NCBI GenBank assembly: GCA_051859245.1
Contig: JBHYGA010000005.1
Location: 731,537-795,536, forward strand
DNA: 64,000 nt
DNA from: Gemmatimonadaceae bacterium
GTDB lineage: Bacteria; Gemmatimonadota; Gemmatimonadetes; Gemmatimonadales; Gemmatimonadaceae
Reading direction: 5' to 3'
This document shows positions 48,529-59,985 of the stretch, piece by piece (the first letter of the stretch is position 1; the number at the start of each line of letters is the position of its first letter). A program made the position numbers and the translations under genes. Under the pieces are notes generated by a model. The model searched no databases. It was not told the origin of the DNA and saw only the letters and a program-made list of their open reading frames with translations.

Positions 48529-49671
48529 GTGCTCTACCATCTGCTGCAGCCGCTGGCGCGTGAGTTCCAGCTCTTTAATCTGCTCAACTACATCACGTTC
48601 CGGTCAGCGGCGGCGTTCGTCACGTCGTTGGTTGTGACATTTGTGATCGGTCCGCTTATTCTCGCGCGACTGCGTCGCATGGCGGTGCATCAGGTGGTGC
48701 GCGAAGGCACCCCGGATACGCATCTGGGCAAAGGCACCACGCCAACGATGGGTGGCTTGATCCTGATTACATCGGCCCTCGTGCCGGCGCTGTTGTGGGC
48801 GCGACTCGACAATCGGTATCTGTTGCTCGCCATGGCGGTCACGGTGTGGATGGGCGCGATTGGGTTTCTCGATGACTATCTCAAGCTGAAGCAGAAGCGC
48901 GAAGGAAAGAAGAACGAAGGCCTGGTGGAACGCTACAAGCTCGCCGGGCAGATCATGTGCGGTATCGCGCTCGGCTTGTACGTATGGCTGCAGCCGCTCT
49001 CGGCGTTGCCGGGCGCGTCGACTACGGTGCCGTTCTTCAAGTATCTGCTGATTGTGCCGGTCGCGTCGTGGGCCGCGTGGTTATACGTGCCGTTCGTGAC
49101 GTTCATTGTGACGGGTACCAGCAACGCGGTGAACTTCACCGATGGGCTCGATGGCCTTGCCACCGGGTTGGTCGCGATCGCGCTGCTCACCTTCGGTCTC
49201 TTTGCCTACGTGCACGGACGCGTGGATACGAGCGCCTATCTGCAACTCTTCTATCTGCCTGGAGCCGGTGAGCTCACCGTGTACTGCGCGGCACTTGTTG
49301 GCGCGTGTATTGGCTTCCTGTGGTACAATGCGCATCCCGCTCAGGTGTTCATGGGTGACACCGGTTCGCTGGCGCTGGGGGGTGCGCTGGGTGCGATTCC
49401 GATTCTCCTCAAGTCGGAGTTCCTGCTGGCGATCGTGGGTGCGGTGTTTGTGGCCGAAATGGTGTCAGTCATTCTGCAGCGCTCCGTGTTCAAGTACCGG
49501 CGCAAGCGGTACGGCCTGGAGTATGCACAGAAAAATCGCGTCTTTCGTCGCGCCCCGTTGCATCATCATTTTGAGATGTTAGGGTGGCCCGAAACGCAGG
49601 TCGTGATTCGCTTCTGGATCATGGGTATTCTGTGCGCGATTGTCGGACTCGGCACACTGAAGCTGCGCTAA
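48529..49671 (+). CDS. mraY: Phospho-MurNAc-pentapeptide transferase
   Basis: TPTMGG, GFLDDY, SNAVNFTDGLDGL, FMGDTGS, APLHHHFE. Confidence 0.98.
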   Translation: MLYHLLQPLAREFQLFNLLNYITFRSAAAFVTSLVVTFVIGPLILARLRRMAVHQVVREGTPDTHLGKGTTPTMGGLILITSALVPALLWARLDNRYLLLAMAVTVWMGAIGFLDDYLKLKQKREGKKNEGLVERYKLAGQIMCGIALGLYVWLQPLSALPGASTTVPFFKYLLIVPVASWAAWLYVPFVTFIVTGTSNAVNFTDGLDGLATGLVAIALLTFGLFAYVHGRVDTSAYLQLFYLPGAGELTVYCAALVGACIGFLWYNAHPAQVFMGDTGSLALGGALGAIPILLKSEFLLAIVGAVFVAEMVSVILQRSVFKYRRKRYGLEYAQKNRVFRRAPLHHHFEMLGWPETQVVIRFWIMGILCAIVGLGTLKLR

Positions 49672-49675
49672 CACC

Positions 49676-51223
49676 ATGAGCGATCTCGTTTCTTCGCCGG
49701 TGGCACCCAGCGATCTCTACACGATCAACCCCACCCGTGATCGCGAAGTGGCCGCGCAGGTCGCGCGATTGATTGCGCTCCGACAGGGCGAAGTCGCGGT
49801 GCTGGGGCTTGGGTCGAGTGGGCGAGCGGCAGCGCAGTTACTGCGTGAGATCGGTTTTGCGGTGTACGCGTCTGACCGATCAACATCAGAGGCAACTCAG
49901 GGCAGCGCGAGCGTGCTGGCGGCGGCCGGCGTGACGGTCGATGTGGGTTCGCACGATCTGGATCGCATTGCGCGCGCCGCGTTTGTTGTGGTGAGCCCTG
50001 GCATTCCGCCCGAAGCCGCGCCGGTTGCTGCGGCGCGTGGAGCGAACGTGCCGGTGGTCAGCGAGGTGGAGATCGGGCTGCGCGTGATGCCCGCGCTGCG
50101 CACCATTGCCATTACCGGCACCAATGGCAAAACCACCACCACCGCGCTCGTGGGCCATCTGCTGCGCGCGCTCGGTCTGAACGCCGTGGAGATCGGCAAC
50201 ATCGGCTTGCCGGTGTGCGACGTGGCTCGGCGCGCGGATCGGCCTGATTGGGCGGCCATTGAGCTCTCGTCGTTTCAGCTGCACGATACGCCGGGATTGC
50301 GCTGTGATGTCGGAGTGCTCACCACGCTGAGCGCCGATCATCTGGATCGCTACCCATCGGTCAACGCGTACTACGACGACAAACGTCGACTATTCGCCAA
50401 CGCCGATGCGAGTTCACGCTGGGTGGTGAGCGCGGACTCCGCAGACATTGCCGCGATGATGCACTCCGTACCGGGTTCGATTTCTCGTTTCTCCGTGCAG
50501 CACACCAGTGGTGACGCGTGGTATGATCGAGATAGCGGATGGCTCATGATTGACGGCGTGCGCTTCATTGCGCGCGCTGAGATTCCGCTGCTTGGTGATC
50601 ACAACGTGGCCAATGTGCTGGCGGCGGTGACGGCGGTCATGCGCGCGTCGCCCGCGCATGCGGATGCGCGTGCGCGTGAGCTGTTGGCGCAGGGTGTGCG
50701 CACGTTTGCCGCGTTGCCGCATCGACTGGAGCCGGTGGCTGATCGCGACGGGGTGCTCTGGATCAATGATTCCAAGGCCACCAACGTCGCGTCTACGCTG
50801 GTTGCCGTGGAGGGCATGGTGCGCCCCACAATTCTTTTGCTCGGTGGGCGACACAAAGGGGAGTCGTACACGGCACTGGCCGAACCGCTCAAGCGAACGA
50901 CCAAGGCGGTGTTGTGCTTTGGGGAAGCGGGTGAGCAAGCGTCCACTGAGTTGCTCGGAGCGTTTCGCGCGGTACCGGAGCCGGCGGGTCTCTCGCCGAC
51001 TGATTCAGCGAGCGCGTCCGCGCTCAGCGTGGACAAGGGCGCCGGTGTGCAGATTGAATGGATGCGCGACGCCGGATTTGATGCCGTGGTTGCGCGCGCC
51101 CGCGAAATCGCCCGCGCGGGCGATGCGGTGCTGTTGTCTCCGGCGTGTTCCAGCTACGACATGTTCAACAACTACGTGGAACGTGGGCAGCGCTTTGCCG
51201 CCCTCGCTCGGGGGAACGCGTGA
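49676..51223 (+). CDS. murD: UDP-MurNAc-L-Ala--D-Glu ligase
   Basis: GLGSSG, VSPGIP, ITGTNGKTT, ELSSFQL, NDSKATN, LSPACSSYD. Confidence 0.97.
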   Translation: MSDLVSSPVAPSDLYTINPTRDREVAAQVARLIALRQGEVAVLGLGSSGRAAAQLLREIGFAVYASDRSTSEATQGSASVLAAAGVTVDVGSHDLDRIARAAFVVVSPGIPPEAAPVAAARGANVPVVSEVEIGLRVMPALRTIAITGTNGKTTTTALVGHLLRALGLNAVEIGNIGLPVCDVARRADRPDWAAIELSSFQLHDTPGLRCDVGVLTTLSADHLDRYPSVNAYYDDKRRLFANADASSRWVVSADSADIAAMMHSVPGSISRFSVQHTSGDAWYDRDSGWLMIDGVRFIARAEIPLLGDHNVANVLAAVTAVMRASPAHADARARELLAQGVRTFAALPHRLEPVADRDGVLWINDSKATNVASTLVAVEGMVRPTILLLGGRHKGESYTALAEPLKRTTKAVLCFGEAGEQASTELLGAFRAVPEPAGLSPTDSASASALSVDKGAGVQIEWMRDAGFDAVVARAREIARAGDAVLLSPACSSYDMFNNYVERGQRFAALARGNA

Positions 51224-52464
51224 CAACGTCTGCGTTTGACGGATTCGGTCCCGCCACGTCCAGTGCCACGCCGTCCAAGTCGACGGCGCCAGCCGGTGCA
51301 CGTGATCGCTGGCGCATGAGCATTGAAGGACGCGCGTTGGTGCTGGTGACGGCGTGTTTGATTGCGCTGGGGCTCGTGGTGCTGTACAGCGCCAGTGCGC
51401 TGTCTGCATTGGATGCCGGTCGTGAACCGCACGCGTACCTCGTGCGACAAGCGCAAGGTGTGCTGGTGGGACTCGTGGCGTTTGCGATCGCGGCCAAGGT
51501 GGATGCGGAGCGATGGCGCGCCTGGGCCTGGCCGCTCATGGGATTGAGTCTGCTCGCGATGCTCGTCACGGTGTTGCCATTCACACACAGTATTGCACCA
51601 AAAATCGGCGGTTCGCGTCGCTTTCTGCTCGGCGGATCCATTCAGCCCTCGGAGTTCGCAAAACTTGCCGTGATTCTGTGGACGCCGATGCTGCTGGTAA
51701 AAAAAGGACCGGCCATGCGTCGGCTCGGCAAAGGTCTTGGTCCGTTTCTCGTTGTGATCGGTGTGCTGAGCCTGATTGCGATGGCGCAGCCCGATCTCTC
51801 CATGGCTATGACGTTCTGTTTGCTCATGGCGGTGATTCTGTTTGCCGGCGGCGCTCGCACTGCGCACTTTGTGTTTCTCGCGCTACTCGCCGTGCCGTTG
51901 TTGATTCAGCAGGTTGGCAGAATGGACTACGTGCGCACGCGTGTGGAAAGCTTCTTCTCCGACGGAGCGAACGCTGACAGTACGAATACCCGAGTGGAGT
52001 ACCAGCAACAACAGTCGTTGATCGCGGTGGGCAGCGGTGGACTGCTGGGCGTGGGCTTCGGCGAAGGCAATCAGCAGCGCGGTTGGACACCACTCGCCTA
52101 CAACGACTTCATTGCCAGCGTGGTCGGTGAAGAGTTCGGGTTTATTGGCATGAGCGTGCTGGTGCTGGCCTTTGCCGCGTACGCATGGCTCGGCTTTCGA
52201 ATAGCGCGGTCGGCTCGCACGCCTTTTCAGTCGCTCGTGGCCATCGGGCTCACGTACGCCACCGTGATCACGGCGTTTGTGCATCTGGGTGTGACCATTA
52301 ATCTGTTGCCGAATACCGGACTCACACTGCCGTTCGTTTCGTTCGGACGATCCAATCTTGTGCTCACCATGCTCATGACGGGAATCCTCGTGAACATCGG
52401 CAGCGTGCGCGAGCGAACGTACGGAACGGGTGCCACCGATCCATTCGCCAGCGCTGATCGTTAG
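51220..52464 (+). CDS. ftsW: SEDS peptidoglycan polymerase FtsW
   Basis: QPSEFAK, QPDL, AVGSGG, DFIASVVGEEFG, TGLTLPFVSFG. Confidence 0.95.
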   Translation: MTTSAFDGFGPATSSATPSKSTAPAGARDRWRMSIEGRALVLVTACLIALGLVVLYSASALSALDAGREPHAYLVRQAQGVLVGLVAFAIAAKVDAERWRAWAWPLMGLSLLAMLVTVLPFTHSIAPKIGGSRRFLLGGSIQPSEFAKLAVILWTPMLLVKKGPAMRRLGKGLGPFLVVIGVLSLIAMAQPDLSMAMTFCLLMAVILFAGGARTAHFVFLALLAVPLLIQQVGRMDYVRTRVESFFSDGANADSTNTRVEYQQQQSLIAVGSGGLLGVGFGEGNQQRGWTPLAYNDFIASVVGEEFGFIGMSVLVLAFAAYAWLGFRIARSARTPFQSLVAIGLTYATVITAFVHLGVTINLLPNTGLTLPFVSFGRSNLVLTMLMTGILVNIGSVRERTYGTGATDPFASADR

Positions 52465-52470
52465 GCCAGC

Positions 52471-53565
52471 ATGCGCGTGTTCTTTTCCGGTGGCGGCACC
52501 GGTGGGCATTTGTATCCGGGACTCGCGATTGCACGCGCGCTGGTTGCGCGCGATCCGAATATCCGTCCGCACTTTATTGGCGCGCTGCGTGGCATTGAGC
52601 GTGATGTGCTGCCAACCACCGAGTTTCCGCACACGCTGCTCGATCTGCATCCGCTGTATCGCAGCGCGCCGCTCCGCAACTGGCGCACGTTCACCGGTGG
52701 ATTGTCAGCGTGGCGCACGATCGGGCGATTGGCGCGCGAAGAACGTCCCGCATGCGTTGTCGGAACGGGAGGGTACGCGGCCGCTGCGGCGCTCGCGTGG
52801 GGGCGCTGGAACCGTGTGCCACTCGTCTTGCACGAGTGTGACAGCTTTCCCGGCAAGGTCACCAGACTCTTTGCGCCGCGCGCAACGCTGGTTTCGCTCG
52901 GCTTTCCCGAGGCGGAAGCACGGCTGACCGTTGGTGCGCGAACCGGTGTGGCCGACTTTGGTAATCCGATAGTTCCGCCAGACAACTCACCGGAGCGTCG
53001 CGCCGCGGCGCGTGTGCGATGGTCGCTCGACGACAGCACGTTTACCGTGCTTGTGGTTGGCGGCAGTCAGGGCAGTGCGGCGCTCAATCGCGGTGTGGCG
53101 GAATGGTGCGAGCACGGGATTCCGGATTCCATTTCGGTGATCTGGGCTACCGGTCGTTCACACTATGACACGTACGCGCATTTGCGCTCGCCGCGCGTTC
53201 GCGTGGAGCCGTATCTTTCGCCGATTGCAGATGCGTATGCCGCGGCTGACCTGGCCGTCACACGCGCCGGTGCCATGACGATTGCTGAACTGTGTGCGTG
53301 GGGCATTCCATCGGTGCTGGTGCCGCTGCCTACGGCCGCGCAGGATCATCAGGCGCACAACGCGCGGACACTCGCTGCGGCCGGCGCGTCTATCCATTTG
53401 CCTGAGCGCGAGTACGACGGCGCGGCGCTCAACGAAACGGTGAGTGAGTTGCAGCGGCAGCCGGGTGTGCGTGACACGATGGCGCGAGCAGCCCGTGTGC
53501 GTGGGCGACCAGACGCGTCGGCGCGCATTGCCGAAGCGATCGCTACGCTGGTGTTGCATCGCTGA
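52471..53565 (+). CDS. murG: MurG GlcNAc transferase
   Basis: GGGTGGHLYPG, GTGGY, GGSQGS, RAGAMT, DHQAHNA. Confidence 0.97.
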   Translation: MRVFFSGGGTGGHLYPGLAIARALVARDPNIRPHFIGALRGIERDVLPTTEFPHTLLDLHPLYRSAPLRNWRTFTGGLSAWRTIGRLAREERPACVVGTGGYAAAAALAWGRWNRVPLVLHECDSFPGKVTRLFAPRATLVSLGFPEAEARLTVGARTGVADFGNPIVPPDNSPERRAAARVRWSLDDSTFTVLVVGGSQGSAALNRGVAEWCEHGIPDSISVIWATGRSHYDTYAHLRSPRVRVEPYLSPIADAYAAADLAVTRAGAMTIAELCAWGIPSVLVPLPTAAQDHQAHNARTLAAAGASIHLPEREYDGAALNETVSELQRQPGVRDTMARAARVRGRPDASARIAEAIATLVLHR

Positions 53566-53620
53566 TGCGCTACGATTCATTCCTGCCGCCGCCATCCCAT
53601 TTGCGCTACACTTCCGCATC

Positions 53621-55054
53621 ATGACTGTGTTGCTTGATCTCTCAGACTCACGCCCGGTGCACATGGTGGGCATTGCCGGTGCTGGCATGACCGGCCTGGC
53701 CGAACTGTTTGTGCGTCGCGGGATTGCGGTGCAGGGCACGGACAGCAACCCGGGGGGAGCACCAGACCTCGTGCGTCTCGGTGTTGCGGTGCACGCGCAC
53801 AATGCCGATCTCGTGAATGGAGCGCGCGCGGTTGTGTATTCGTCGGCGGTGCCGCAATCACACGCCGAGCTTGTGCGTGCGCGTGAACTTGGATTGCCGG
53901 TCATCCGTCGCGCAGAGGCGTTGGGTGAAGCGGTGCAGGGTGGCGTGCTCATTGCGGTAGCCGGTACGCACGGCAAAACAACGACAACGGTCATGACCAC
54001 GGAAGCGCTCGCTGCAGCGGGCTTTGATCCCACCGGTGTGGCGGGTGGTCGTGTGGGTTCATGGGGCAGCAACCTGCGCGCGGGCAGCAACACAACGTTC
54101 GTGGTGGAAGCCGACGAGTATGACCGTTCGTTTCTGGCGCTCACGCCAACCGTCGCGGCCGTGCTCAATATGGAAGCGGATCATCTCGACATTTACCGCG
54201 ACCTGCAGGACATTCGCGACACGTTTGTGCAGTACATGACGCCGGCGCGCGCCGTGGTGGTGTGCAACGATGATGCGGGCGCCGCCGAGTTGCCGGCGCA
54301 ACTGGTGCCGCAGAGTGCGCGCGAGGTGGTGCGGTATGCAGCGGTGGTTCGCGGCGAAAGTAGTACTGCCGACACGACGGTGAGCGGCGTGCAATCTGCG
54401 CGGCTCGTTGCTCGCGATGTGCACCTCGATGCGTTCGGTTCGCGTGCCCGCATTGAATACGACGGCGAGTTCATGGGCGAGCTCGTACTGCAGGTGCCGG
54501 GCATACACAACGTGCGCAATGCACTCGCGGCGCTCGGCGCCGGCCTGATGATTGGTGCGACGGTTCCGCACATGCTTCCCGGACTCGCCGCGTTTGCTGG
54601 TGTTGAGCGCCGCTTTCAGCGCATCGGTGAAGCGAAGGGTGTGCTCGTCGTTGACGACTACGCGCATCATCCAACAGAGGTGGCCGCTACCATCGCCGCG
54701 GCGCGTGCATCACATGCTCACCGGCGATTAGTCGTAGCGTTTCAGCCGCATCTGTTTTCACGCACGCGTGATTTTGCGCGCGAGTTCGGCGAAGCGTTGG
54801 CGATGGCCGACGCATGCTTTTTGTGCGACATCTATCCGGCGCGCGAACAACCGATGGCAGGTGTCACGTCGACACTCGTCGCCCACGTCATGGCAGGCGC
54901 TGGCCGCCCGCCGGTGTGGCAGGGCGCAAAATCCGCATGTGCGGATGCACTGCATGCGTTTGCGAAGGACGGTGATCTCGTGATCACGATGGGCGCGGGT
55001 GATATCACGCTCGTGGGTCCCGCGCTGCTGCAACAGCTCGGCGCGACCGCATAA
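53621..55054 (+). CDS. murC: UDP-MurNAc--L-Ala ligase
   Basis: GIAGAGM, AGTHGKTTT, VEADEYD, DDYAHHPTE, FQPH, TMGAGD. Confidence 0.97.
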   Translation: MTVLLDLSDSRPVHMVGIAGAGMTGLAELFVRRGIAVQGTDSNPGGAPDLVRLGVAVHAHNADLVNGARAVVYSSAVPQSHAELVRARELGLPVIRRAEALGEAVQGGVLIAVAGTHGKTTTTVMTTEALAAAGFDPTGVAGGRVGSWGSNLRAGSNTTFVVEADEYDRSFLALTPTVAAVLNMEADHLDIYRDLQDIRDTFVQYMTPARAVVVCNDDAGAAELPAQLVPQSAREVVRYAAVVRGESSTADTTVSGVQSARLVARDVHLDAFGSRARIEYDGEFMGELVLQVPGIHNVRNALAALGAGLMIGATVPHMLPGLAAFAGVERRFQRIGEAKGVLVVDDYAHHPTEVAATIAAARASHAHRRLVVAFQPHLFSRTRDFAREFGEALAMADACFLCDIYPAREQPMAGVTSTLVAHVMAGAGRPPVWQGAKSACADALHAFAKDGDLVITMGAGDITLVGPALLQQLGATA

Positions 55055-55072
55055 TCCAGTGAAGCGCAACGC

Positions 55073-55792
55073 GTGAAGCCCGAACCGGAAGTCGTCGCTC
55101 TGCCACCCCGTTGGAAGTTGTGGGTCAAGCGTGTGTCAATTGGCGCGCTCGCACTTGCCGCGGTCGCCGTTCCGTGGTGGGGACCGCGCGCGCTGTCGCA
55201 ACTCGACTTTTTCCATGTGCGCACGGTGGAGTTCGATGGCGTGCGTTACTCCGACGCGCGCGAACTGGTGTCGCTGCTGGCACTCGACACCATGGCCTCG
55301 GTGTGGATGCCGCTCGAACCGCTGGGCGAAAAAGTGGCGCAGCATCCCATGGTGGTTCGCGCAATTGTGTCCCGCCGTCTGCCCGGCACGCTGCTGGTGA
55401 CAGTGTCCGAACGCACGCCAGTGGCGCTTATTCCGTCGTCCGGCGGCCTGACGCCCGTGGACGCTGACGGCCAGACGCTTCCCATTGACCCTTCTCGCGC
55501 GCCGGTCGATGTGCCCGTGTTAGCCAAGCGCGATTCGGCCCTGTTACAGCTGCTCGATCGCATCCGCGCTGGCTCGCCGGTGCTCTGGTCGCGACTATCG
55601 GCCGCCTCGCGCGATGGCGTGCAGGATATCCGGCTTGACCTGGGCGGGTTGGATCTTCGCGCCCGGGATAACGTGACCGTGGCGCGTCTATCAGACATAT
55701 TACCAGTCGAGGCGGATCTGGCGCAGCGACGACTGCGCGCGGTGGAGTTGGATCTGCGCTTCCGAGACCAGGTAATCGCCAGACTTCCATGA
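55073..55792 (+). CDS. ftsQ: Cell division protein FtsQ
   Basis: TM, POTRA (RRLPGTLLVTVSERTPVA), C-terminal LDLRFRDQV. Confidence 0.88.
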   Translation: MKPEPEVVALPPRWKLWVKRVSIGALALAAVAVPWWGPRALSQLDFFHVRTVEFDGVRYSDARELVSLLALDTMASVWMPLEPLGEKVAQHPMVVRAIVSRRLPGTLLVTVSERTPVALIPSSGGLTPVDADGQTLPIDPSRAPVDVPVLAKRDSALLQLLDRIRAGSPVLWSRLSAASRDGVQDIRLDLGGLDLRARDNVTVARLSDILPVEADLAQRRLRAVELDLRFRDQVIARLP

Positions 55793-57042
55793 CCACTGAT
55801 CCGATCGTAGCTGCACTGGATATTGGGACCGCTCACACCACGGCACTTGTCGCATCGGTTGGCGGCGATCTGCCGCGCACACCCATGCTGCGCATTCTTG
55901 GTGTGGGACGCGCGCGTACGCAGGGGCTGCGTCGTGGTGTGGTCTCCAATATTGAAGAAGCCACGCACTCCATTCGCGAAGCGCTCAGTGAGGCCACACG
56001 TCACGCGGGTGTGAATGCCGAGTCACTGTACGTTGGCATTGCCGGTGAGCACGTGCGTGCGATGTGCAGCACGGGCGTTGTTGCAATCAGTGGCGACGAA
56101 ATTGTGCGCGCTGATGTCGATCGTGCGAATGAAGTGGCGCGTGCACTTGCCATTCCGCAGGACCGCGAGCTGTTGCACGCCATTCCGCAGGAGTATCGCG
56201 TGGATCAGGCGCTCGGTATTCGCGATCCGGTTGGTATGGTGGGTATGCGTCTTGAAACCGAGATGTATCTTGTCACCATCGGCAGTGCGCCGGCCATGAA
56301 TCTTCGGCGCAGCATTGAAAAGGCTGGCTACAAGGTGAAGGAGTTGGTGCTTGAGCCGCTGGCGAGTGCGCTCGCTGTGCTCAGTGAAGAGCAGAAGGAA
56401 GCAGGCGTTGCACTCGTGGAGTTGGGGGCGGGTACCACCGATGTCGCGATTTTTCACGAAGGAAAAATTCGGCACATTGGTTCACTCGCGTTTGGTGGCA
56501 ACAACGTCACCGCTGACATTGTGCACGGACTGAGCGTCACGCAGAACGATGCGGAAGCGCTCAAGGAAGCGTACGGTTGCGCGTATGAGCCGTTGCTTGC
56601 GGGTGATGAAGTGATCGCGGTGCCCGCGTCGGCCACGCATCCGGAGCGTCATCTGTCACGCGAGTTGATGGCGCACATCATTCATCAGCGCATGGACGAG
56701 ATTTTTAATCTCGTGCAGCGTGAGATCGAGACCGCGGGATACGCTGGCAAGCTGAACGCCGGAGTGGTGCTCACGGGTGGCGGCGCGTCACTCGAAGGAG
56801 TCGCCGAGCTGGCCGCGGATGTATTCGGTATGCGCGTGAGTGTTGGGGTGCCGGCGGGTCGTTTGAGTGGCCTGCGTGAGCTCATTGATGAACCGCGCTT
56901 TGCCACGGTGACCGGGCTCGCGTTGTACGGTGCGCATCGCATGGCGCTGGGCGGTGCCGTGGTGCGTCGCGCGGGGTTGTCAGGCACGAGCGTGGACAAG
57001 CTTGCGCAGCGCGTGAAAGACTGGCTGCAGGACTTCTTCTAA
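55789..57042 (+). CDS. ftsA: Cell division protein FtsA
   Basis: ALDIGT, DPVGMVG, VELGAGTTD, GVVLTGGG, C-terminal amphipathic helix VKDWLQDFF. Confidence 0.96.
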   Translation: MTTDPIVAALDIGTAHTTALVASVGGDLPRTPMLRILGVGRARTQGLRRGVVSNIEEATHSIREALSEATRHAGVNAESLYVGIAGEHVRAMCSTGVVAISGDEIVRADVDRANEVARALAIPQDRELLHAIPQEYRVDQALGIRDPVGMVGMRLETEMYLVTIGSAPAMNLRRSIEKAGYKVKELVLEPLASALAVLSEEQKEAGVALVELGAGTTDVAIFHEGKIRHIGSLAFGGNNVTADIVHGLSVTQNDAEALKEAYGCAYEPLLAGDEVIAVPASATHPERHLSRELMAHIIHQRMDEIFNLVQREIETAGYAGKLNAGVVLTGGGASLEGVAELAADVFGMRVSVGVPAGRLSGLRELIDEPRFATVTGLALYGAHRMALGGAVVRRAGLSGTSVDKLAQRVKDWLQDFF

Positions 57043-57328
57043 ACGCCCACACACTGTGACAGCGCACCATCGCCCCGTGCGCCGAATCACCCTCACACAT
57101 CACATCGTTGCAACGCCCGCAAGTCGTGTGGACAAAAGGGCTTGACAGTGATCGTACTTTGGGGCGTTGAGCAGAAACTTCTGCACGTGTGGTCGCATGT
57201 TCGCGGCCACCGGCGTATATTCTGGTCGCTAGTACGACGCCCACCTTTGATGCATTGCAGCGCCGCTCGCTGCCTTGCGCCAACCGTGTCCCCTTTGCGC
57301 CTCGATTGCCCCGATGGAGCTACCCCGC

Positions 57329-58576
57329 ATGCCGTTTGAGTTGGAGGAGAGCGCTTCGCAGAACGCCCGGATGAAGGTTGTCGGCGTTGGCGGAGGCGGT
57401 GGGAACGCAGTCAATCGCATGATCGAGGAGCATCTGGAAGGCGTGGAGTTCATTTCGGTGAACACCGACGCTCAGGCGCTGATGCACTCCAAGGCCGACG
57501 TCAAAATCCAGATCGGCAAGAAGCTCACCCGCGGCCTCGGTGCCGGCGCTCGTCCTGACATTGGGCGCCAGGCCATGGACGAGAGCAAGGACGAAATGTC
57601 CCGCGTTGTGCAGCATACCGACCTCGTGTTTGTCACGTGCGGCATGGGCGGCGGCACCGGAACCGGTGCGGCACCAGTCATCTGTCAGCTGGCCCGTGAA
57701 GCCGGTGCGCTCACGGTTGGCATAGTCACCCGCCCGTTCCTCTTCGAGGGACGCAAGCGCATGCGGCAGGCCGAAGAAGGCATTGCCGAAATGCGAAAGC
57801 ACGTGGACACGATGATCATCGTGCCCAACGAGCGGCTGCTAGCGGTGGTGGGCAAGGGCATTCCGTTCCACGAAGCGCTCAAGAAGGCCGACGAAGTCCT
57901 GCTGCACGCGACGCAGGGCATCTCGGTGCTGATCAGTGAGACGGGCCTCGTGAACGTGGACTTTGCCGACGTCCGCACGGTCATGGAAAACGGCGGCTCG
58001 GCGCTCATGGGCACCGGCGTCGGCCGCGGCGAGTCCCGCGCGACGGAGGCGGCCCAGCAGGCCATCGCGTCGCCGCTGCTTGACAATGTCTCCATCGCGG
58101 GCGCCACCGGCGTGCTGGTCAATATCACGGGCGGTGAAGACCTCACGCTCGGTGAAGTGCACCAGATCAATGAGATCGTGCACGACGCGGTGGGCGACGA
58201 CGCCGAAATCATCTTTGGCGCGGTGCACGAGCCGGCCATGAATGGTGAGATTCGCGTGACAGTGATCGCCACGGGCTTCGACCGCCTGCTGCAGGGTGGG
58301 TTTGGCAACGGGGCGCTCGGACATGGCTTCGGCGCCCAGCCGCAGCCGCAGCACTCGGCGACCACCAGCCAGCGTAACCCGGCCGTGCTCCCGTTCCCGG
58401 CCCAGCGTGAGCGTGGCGTGCAGGGAGTGAGACCACCGGCCGCCCCCGTTCGTCAAGTAACGCAAGCCGCACCGCCGCCGAACACTCGTCCAATCCGGCC
58501 GAACGTTCCGCCGCCGAGCAGCGTAGAACTCGACGACATGGAAATCCCGACGTTCATTCGGAGGCAAATGGATTGA
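57329..58576 (+). CDS. ftsZ: Cell division protein FtsZ
   Basis: [16 protein letters not shown] tubulin signature, NVDFAD, C-terminal [18 protein letters not shown] at 57316. Confidence 0.99.
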   Translation: MPFELEESASQNARMKVVGVGGGGGNAVNRMIEEHLEGVEFISVNTDAQALMHSKADVKIQIGKKLTRGLGAGARPDIGRQAMDESKDEMSRVVQHTDLVFVTCGMGGGTGTGAAPVICQLAREAGALTVGIVTRPFLFEGRKRMRQAEEGIAEMRKHVDTMIIVPNERLLAVVGKGIPFHEALKKADEVLLHATQGISVLISETGLVNVDFADVRTVMENGGSALMGTGVGRGESRATEAAQQAIASPLLDNVSIAGATGVLVNITGGEDLTLGEVHQINEIVHDAVGDDAEIIFGAVHEPAMNGEIRVTVIATGFDRLLQGGFGNGALGHGFGAQPQPQHSATTSQRNPAVLPFPAQRERGVQGVRPPAAPVRQVTQAAPPPNTRPIRPNVPPPSSVELDDMEIPTFIRRQMD

Positions 58577-59892
58577 GCAAGGCGCTCACGAAGGCACTGG
58601 TAGTTGGAGGACTCGTTGTCCTCGCGGCCGGTGCATTGACGATCGGGCGCCCTGTCCCGCAGCGTTCCGCTGGTCACGTGTTCACCGACACGCTGCCCGC
58701 TGCGCCGGTTATTGCCCTCCGCACCGACACGCTGCACAGCGGCGAGCCATTGCTGGCCGTGCTGCAGCGTGCCGGTCTTGGCATCGACGAAGCCAATCGT
58801 GCCATTGCCGGGCTTGAAGTGCTCGACGCGCGTCGTGTTCGCGCCGGTACCGAAGTTGTGGCGCAGGTGCACCCGGATTCCGGTGTGCAGAACGTCACCT
58901 TTCAGTTGGCGATCGATCGTGTCGTGAAACTCGCGCGCACGGCCACTGGCTGGACTGAAACTGAAGAACGCCTGCCTTGGACAATCGATACGGTTGCTGT
59001 GGCGGGCGTTGTTGCATCCACGCTCACGGGCGCGATCGTCACCGCGGCCACCGAGTTTCCGGAGCGTGTGCGCACTGAACTTGCGTACGGCATTGCAGAC
59101 GTGCTCGAGTATCGCATTGACCTCAGTCGCGATCTGCGCGTTGGTGATTCCATCAGTGTGCTGGTGGAGCGCGAAACCGCGCCCAATGGTTATGTGCGTC
59201 CGGGTCGCATTCTGGCCACGCGGTCACGTGTGGCGGGCACGACGCTCGAAGCCACGCGTTACGACGATGCCGAAGGTCGCGCACAGTTCTACGACGCTGA
59301 AGGCAAGAGTTTGCGCGCGGCGTTCTTGCGCGCGCCGCTGGAGTTCCGTCGCATCTCAAGTGTGTTCGGTTCGCGGAAACATCCGGTGCTCAAAACATGG
59401 CGCAAGCACAACGGTCTTGATTACGCGGCGTCCACTGGCACACCGGTTCGTGCGATCGGCAACGGCAAGGTGATCTTCGCCGGTTGGAAGGGCGGATATG
59501 GCCGCACTGTGGAAATCCGCCACAACAATGGCATGGTCACACGGTACGGACATCTGAACTCGATTGCGCGTGGCATTCGTAGTGGTGCGTCCGTGAGCAT
59601 TGCGAGCACCATTGGTACCGTTGGCATGACGGGGTTGGCCACGGGTCCTCATCTGCATTTCGAAACGCTGATCAACGGCGTGCATCGCGATCCACGTACG
59701 GCGCTGCGCAACGTTGGTGGCGAGCCGCTGCCGTCCAAGGATAAAGCCGCGTTTGCACTGCGCCGCAGCGCACTCTTCGCCGATCTGTCCGCGCGTGTCT
59801 ACGCCATGCAGGATCGCAACGCGCCGATTACGGTGCCAGGCGCCGCGGGTATTCGCCGCGTCGAAACTCGCGCTGCTGGCGCTGGCAACTGA
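58573..59892 (+). CDS. M23 family peptidoglycan endopeptidase (MepM-like)
   Basis: N-terminal TM, HNGLD (HxxxD), GYG, TRYGHL, TGPHLHF. Confidence 0.92.
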   Translation: MSKALTKALVVGGLVVLAAGALTIGRPVPQRSAGHVFTDTLPAAPVIALRTDTLHSGEPLLAVLQRAGLGIDEANRAIAGLEVLDARRVRAGTEVVAQVHPDSGVQNVTFQLAIDRVVKLARTATGWTETEERLPWTIDTVAVAGVVASTLTGAIVTAATEFPERVRTELAYGIADVLEYRIDLSRDLRVGDSISVLVERETAPNGYVRPGRILATRSRVAGTTLEATRYDDAEGRAQFYDAEGKSLRAAFLRAPLEFRRISSVFGSRKHPVLKTWRKHNGLDYAASTGTPVRAIGNGKVIFAGWKGGYGRTVEIRHNNGMVTRYGHLNSIARGIRSGASVSIASTIGTVGMTGLATGPHLHFETLINGVHRDPRTALRNVGGEPLPSKDKAAFALRRSALFADLSARVYAMQDRNAPITVPGAAGIRRVETRAAGAGN

Positions 59893-59985
59893 ACACACAC
59901 GTCGCGCTGCGCGTCTCAGCAGCGCCGCGTGCGGTTCTGTCCCTTCGGTCGTGACCACCACGCGCGCGACGTCTAGGGTATTGCG

